From Octopus sinensis (taxonomy: Eukaryota), in assembly GCF_006345805.1 (NCBI RefSeq), contig NC_043002.1:372001-436000 (forward strand): a stretch of DNA of 64,000 nt. Reading direction: 5' to 3'. The notes under the pieces are model-generated. The model searched no databases, was not told the origin of the DNA, and saw nothing but the letters and a program-made list of their open reading frames with translations. The stretch's first letter is position 1. Every line of letters begins with the position of its first letter. This document shows, one piece after another, positions 59,061-64,000 of the stretch. The position numbers and the translations under genes were made by a program.

Positions 59061-59200
59061 TTACCTCTGCCTTAGCAAAGGCGGAGGTATTGTTTTCAGT
59101 CATGTTGGTTTGTTTGTGTCATTTGACAAGATATCTCAAGAACCACTGGATGGATTCTGATGAAACTTTCAGGGTTGTTTGGCCTTGTGACTGGTATGCA
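59059..59200 (+). mobile_element. Possible Helentron-associated (HINE-like) fragment
   Basis: attacctctgccttagcaaaggcggaggtattgttttc...gtttgtttgt...gattctgatgaaactttc resembles the common non-autonomous Helentron 5' motif. Confidence 0.4.
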
Positions 59201-59467
59201 CTGAATAGTTTTGTGGATTGTTCTGCTACCAGACAAGGATTCTGGATTATTTGTTATATTTACTTTATAGGATTCTGGTCTTAGGTTCACTTTCTCAATT
59301 ATCTCCCTTTAAGCTGTTTGCAAAGTTTTATTTTTGTTTCTCTATTATTCATTTTACTCACGTCTCTATCTTTGTAGAAACTGGAGGATAAAGAAATCAA
59401 ATTACACAAACAAATGGTAGCAAAACCATTCAGAAATTAAATAACACTAACATATTATTATAATATA

Positions 59468-60985
59468 CTAGCAGAGATACACAGCGTTGCCTGTGTTACA
59501 TGCAATTGAAGAATTAGACTTTTCTGTTATATTTTCTCTAATGAACTGGAATACCTATGATTCAAATTTTATCAAAATTGCAGATGAGGGCTATTTCCCG
59601 CTTTACACACCCTAAAAAAATTGTAATCATGCCACATGTATTCCATACTACTGATTTTTATGCGCATATTCCAAAATTCCAGTCTTAGAAAACCTGTTAA
59701 AGGGGTTTTGCTCCTGAAAAATAGAGTTCATGGAACTCTAAAATGTGAGAGTTAAGGCCCCTATTGTGGGTGGGTGTCTTAATGTCAACCAGAGAAGTTG
59801 AATTGTTGAGAATCTTTTTAACTTGGGTCTTATATCTATTGTTTGAATTTCTTTGAAATAGGAAATATATGTTCACTGGGTTTGTAAAAGAGAGCAAAGC
59901 TACAGGAAACCAAAAGACGAATGATCACAATAAGCAGTCAGTTACCCTACCCTAGTCGTTACCACTCCCAATGTAGGATTCCTCACCATCCAGGTGACAG
60001 GCACAGCCGTAAGATGCATTACGAATCTATAACAATTGGAAGGGTGTGACCCAACTGAAATTAACATTAACAACTGTGCGACGTGAGGGCTGAGGAGAAA
60101 TGAAAGTGTCACCTCTGGAGTTTGCAAATGACCACTATACTGATACCTAACTGGACAGAATAAATTTACAATCTATAAATGTCTTTGAATAACCAGTCAC
60201 TCATCTGGGAAGGCCTTGAAATCAATGTTACCATCTGGGGACTATGTGTGACCCAGTGATAATAAAAAGACTGAAAGAGGAGGTCTGCAACCAAATAACT
60301 TTACTCAATACTTTACAACTGAATCAGTGGAGGCAAAGATGCCTCTCATTTACTTGACAATTTATGCATCACATTGCAGAAATCACAATCTAAGTATATG
60401 TCAAAGCAAACACACTGTTGTACCATTGAATTACTAATAATGCTCATCTTTTATGCTCACGTGACCCTACAGCTTCCAAGAGTACAACTGTATTCGTCTT
60501 TGCTTAGATAAAATGACTAAATTGTGGGTGTTAAGTCCCCATGAAAGGGTCTTTCTAAGTTGTAAGAAGATGAAATTTTATAAATATTACTTCATTTGTG
60601 TCTAAAATCTATGGTTAAAATTTCATCAACAGCAAAAATATAAATTGTCATGGGGGTTATGGCCCTTATGCACAGAATATAATTTCCAAATTTTGTGATC
60701 CATTCAGTACTTTTGACCTAGTTTTGGATCATAAAAGAAATGACTAAAATTTGGGAGTTAAGGCCCCATAAGGCTGTCTTATAATTTTCATGTGAAGTGG
60801 AAACTTTGAGAATACTTCTTGATATGTGTCAATTACCCATGGTCGAAATTTCATCAACATCAAAAATATATGAATTTTCATGGGGGTTCTGACCCCTTTA
60901 AGCCATCTGAAATTGAAACTAAACATATTGCATTATACCCGTCCTTATGCATTGAATCTAAGTTTCAAATATCATAAGAATTCAT
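59468..60985 (-). mobile_element. Possible Helitron-like element; only the 3' end is clear
   Basis: Minus-strand cacaggcaacgctgtg hairpin plus CTAG|T at 59468; internal repeats aaatttcatcaaca at about 60620 and 60850. The upper boundary is uncertain. Confidence 0.4.
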
Positions 60986-62780
60986 TCAGAAATTTTGGTC
61001 CATGAAATTGTATGGAACACACAGCATTACCCTTCTCCCTAGGCTTCGATTTTGTGTTCCAAATTTCAATGTAATGTTGAAGAGAGCGGGTCCAATTGAG
61101 GTGAAATAATTGTGCCGTATTGTTGTTATGTGATGCGATTTAGATTTTTGTTGTGGACGGATGGCACGTGGTCCAAGCCTTGGATGTATTTTGAAGGTGA
61201 TGCCAACATCATTCGGACAGTGCTGATGGAATATTTTCCACATCATACAGATAATGTAGCGTTCACAGCATCGTTGGAGTGAATATAGTTTCAGCTTCTC
61301 TAGTCTACCCCAGTAGTCAAGGTCTGACATGCCATCTATCTTTTTTGTGATTGACCTTTGGGGAGCTTCAATTCTCATAATATTTTGTTTTGTGTAGAGA
61401 GACCACAGTGGACAGCAGTATTCAAGGTGGGGTCGGGCAAAAGTGGAGAAGAGAAAGATAATAGTGTGGGAATCTCTTGACTGGAAGGTTCTGAGAATCC
61501 AGGAACACATTCTGCGGGCCATGTCAACTTTGCTGCTTATATGTGTATCCCAGCTTATGTGTTGTCCACTGTTACTCCCAAGTCTCTGATGTTGTTGGAC
61601 GCCATGAGAATTTCTCCAGAAGGAAGGGAGTATGGGAGTTTCAGAGCGTCCTCCCTTCCAAAGTGGATCAGTTCGAATTTGTCTTTGTTTAGCAACATGT
61701 TGTTCTTTTCTGCCCATTGGACAACAGCCAGTAGGTCTGACTGAAGGCTTATTCGGTCATCCATGCCATTGATGACCTTCTGGAGCTTGGAATCATCAGC
61801 GAAGGTTCTGATGTTACTGTGTTTGATGGTGTCAGTAATATCATTTATGTAGATGATGAAGAGAAGTGGGTCCAACACAGTGCCTTGTGGCTGACTTTGG
61901 CTGGGCTGGATTTGACTCCTTCGACTACAACATGTTGGGTTCTGTTAGACAGGAAGCACTTGATCCACTGCAGCAGCTTTCCAGTGACACCAATATTGGA
62001 CAGCTTTCTCAGAAGGATCTTATGATCAACCCTGTCAAAGGCCTTGCTGAAATCAAGGTAGATGACATCAGTGTTGGAACCTTCTCCCAAGGCTCTCAAA
62101 ATGTCATCAAAATGATGCAGTAGCTGCGTCAGGCAATCTCTCCCATTACGGAATCCATGCTGGTTGGGGTTCAGCATATTATGACTCTCAAGGAAGTGAG
62201 TCATACGCGATCTCAGCACTCTCTCAAATACCTTAATGATATGAGAGGTGAGTGAGATTGGACGGTAATTCACGGCAAGCGATTTGTTTCCTTTTTTGGA
62301 AACTGGGACAACAGACTGGGATAGAAGGTCTTCTGGTATATATCCAGCATCCAGTGAGTTCCGCCACAGATTGGCTAGAGGGGGTGCAAGTTGGTTTTGA
62401 CACATCTTCAAGACACAAGCAGGGAACCTATTGAGACCTACTGCTGAATTATGCTTCATTTCCTTTATTGCTGCTAAGACATCAGGAGCGCCAAAGGTTA
62501 TGTCCGATAAAGTGTATTGGGGAGTAACATCACTGATACAGCCCAGATCAGTCATATCAGGATTGCTGAAAACAGAGCAATATTGTTTCTGCAATATCTC
62601 TCCCATGGTTTTGGCATTGTCTTGAAGAGTACCATTTTCATCAATCAGAGGGCCAACAGTAGAACCAGTGACTGTGTTTTTTTGCAAATGAAAAGAACAC
62701 TTTGGGATTGAGTTTGATCTTCTCAATGGCCCAGGCCTCTTCAGCTCTTCGCTGACTATTGATGATAGACATCATGTTGT
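60986..62780 (-). mobile_element. CR1/L2-group LINE RT fragment (second family)
   Basis: YRPISLTSHIIKVFERV, YLDFSKAFDRVDH, FADDSKL, IRDLGV, FARPHLEYC and RHNYF. Confidence 0.88.
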
Positions 62781-62793
62781 TTTGGAGTTTATG

Positions 62794-62831
<38 letters not shown>

Positions 62832-62873
62832 CTATATACATCTATATATACATCTATATATATATACATATAT

Positions 62874-63446
62874 TTCTTGTGTCCTGAAGGTGTGTCAACA
62901 CCAACTTGCATCTCCCCTTGCTAATCTGTGGAGAAACTCACTGGATGCAGGCTATATTCCAAAAAACCTTCTGTCCCAGTTTTCAAAAAGGGAAACAAGT
63001 CCCTTGCAGTGAACTACCGTCCGATCTCACTCACCTCCCATATCATCAAGGTATTTGAGAGGGTGGTGAGATCTCGAATAACCCAATTTCTGGAAAGCAA
63101 CAGACGGCTGATCTCTAACCAACATGGGTTCCGTAATGGAAGGGACTGCCTAACGCAGCTCCTGCATCACTTTGATGACATTTTGAGAGCTTTGGGAGAG
63201 GGCTCCAACACTGATGTCATCTACCTTGATTTCAGCAAGGCCTTCGACAGGGTTGATCACAAGATCCTATTGAAAAAACTATCCAACATTGGTGTCTCTG
63301 GAAAGTTACTGAAATGGATCAAGTGTTTCCTGACAGACAGATCTCAACATGTTGTAGTTGAAGGGGTAAAATCAAGCCCAGCCAAAGTCAGTAGTGGCGT
63401 TCCGCAAGGCACTGTGCTGGGCCCACTTCTTTTCATCATCTACATA
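62874..63446 (+). mobile_element. CR1/L2-group LINE RT fragment, same family as 60986-62780 but inverted
   Basis: YRPISLTSHIIKVFERV...SGVPQGTVLGPLLFIIYI. Confidence 0.88.
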
Positions 63447-64000
63447 TGACGCTTGCGATGGTAAGGTCATGTACTGCGGATGGATGAGGAGAGATGTGTG
63501 AAGAAGTGCCACTCCCAAACAGTTGAAGGTATCAGGTGGAGAGATAGACCCAGGAAGACATGGGATGAGGTAGTCAAGCATGACCTCAGAGCGTTGGGCC
63601 TCACTGAGGCAATGGCGAAGGACCAAGATCTCTGGAGATATGCTGTGACTGCGAAGACCCGGGCTGCTTCCTGCACCAGTTCCGCATAGCCTCCTGCCCA
63701 TTCAAAGTACCCTGGATCCCAGAACGTCCCGCTGTGCTTGAGGAGACTTGTTGAGTCAAGTACATGAACATGAACATTGAAATAAATATCAATGGAAATA
63801 GTAGTTGTGATACCTGTGCAGGTGGCATATAAAAAGCACCATCCGTACGTGGCCGATGCCAGCCCCTCCTTGGCATGTTAAAAGCATGTTAAAAGCTCCA
63901 ACCGATCGTGGCCGATGCCGGACTCCCCTGGCACCTGTGCAGGTTGCACATAAAAAGCACCCACTACACTCGCGGAGTGGTTGGCGTTAGGAAGGGCATC
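63447..64000 (+). mobile_element. RTE LINE 3' end (runs off the window)
   Basis: MDEERCVKKCH...RPRKTWDEVVKHDLR, then UTR hairpin units and the start of the tail. Confidence 0.85.

Noticed and set aside
14885-64000. Apparent antisense bias of RTE/CR1 insertions within MNS1 introns
   Set aside because: The counts are small, and other elements (HERO, Tx1, PLE, Chapaev) are sense, so the bias is not supportable from one window.

Overview
AT-rich, repeat-dense eukaryotic DNA. The repeat repertoire (CORE-type tRNA SINEs, RTE LINE tails ending in (GAT)n) points to an octopod cephalopod; this is inference. Two host genes converge tail-to-tail. On + are the last three coding exons of VPS72/YL1 (2481-2675, 3625-3790, 5126-5564). 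On - are the last seven coding exons of MNS1 (57323 down to 14795, 342 aa, all GT-AG introns with consistent phases). The 5' parts of both genes lie outside the window. The rest is mostly transposon debris: RTE, CR1, Tx1/L1-like, HERO/NeSL-like and Penelope retroelements, CORE- and Meta-type SINEs, and Tc1/mariner, piggyBac, Chapaev3 and Helitron derivatives, often nested. The standout is a compact, young, GC-rich LTR retrotransposon (17374-21633; 275-bp LTRs differing at 4 sites; GGTAT TSD) in the last MNS1 intron. It has no TGG-type PBS. Instead, the 12 nt directly after the 5' LTR are the exact complement of nt 1-12 of metazoan tRNA-Phe, suggesting priming by a short 5' tRNA fragment. It also has a canonical G-GGA-AAC slippery site with a predicted pseudoknot and an RNase H with DIRS-like motifs. 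No CRISPR, rRNA or true tRNA genes were found. All family calls come from motif recognition by eye; no database searches were run.
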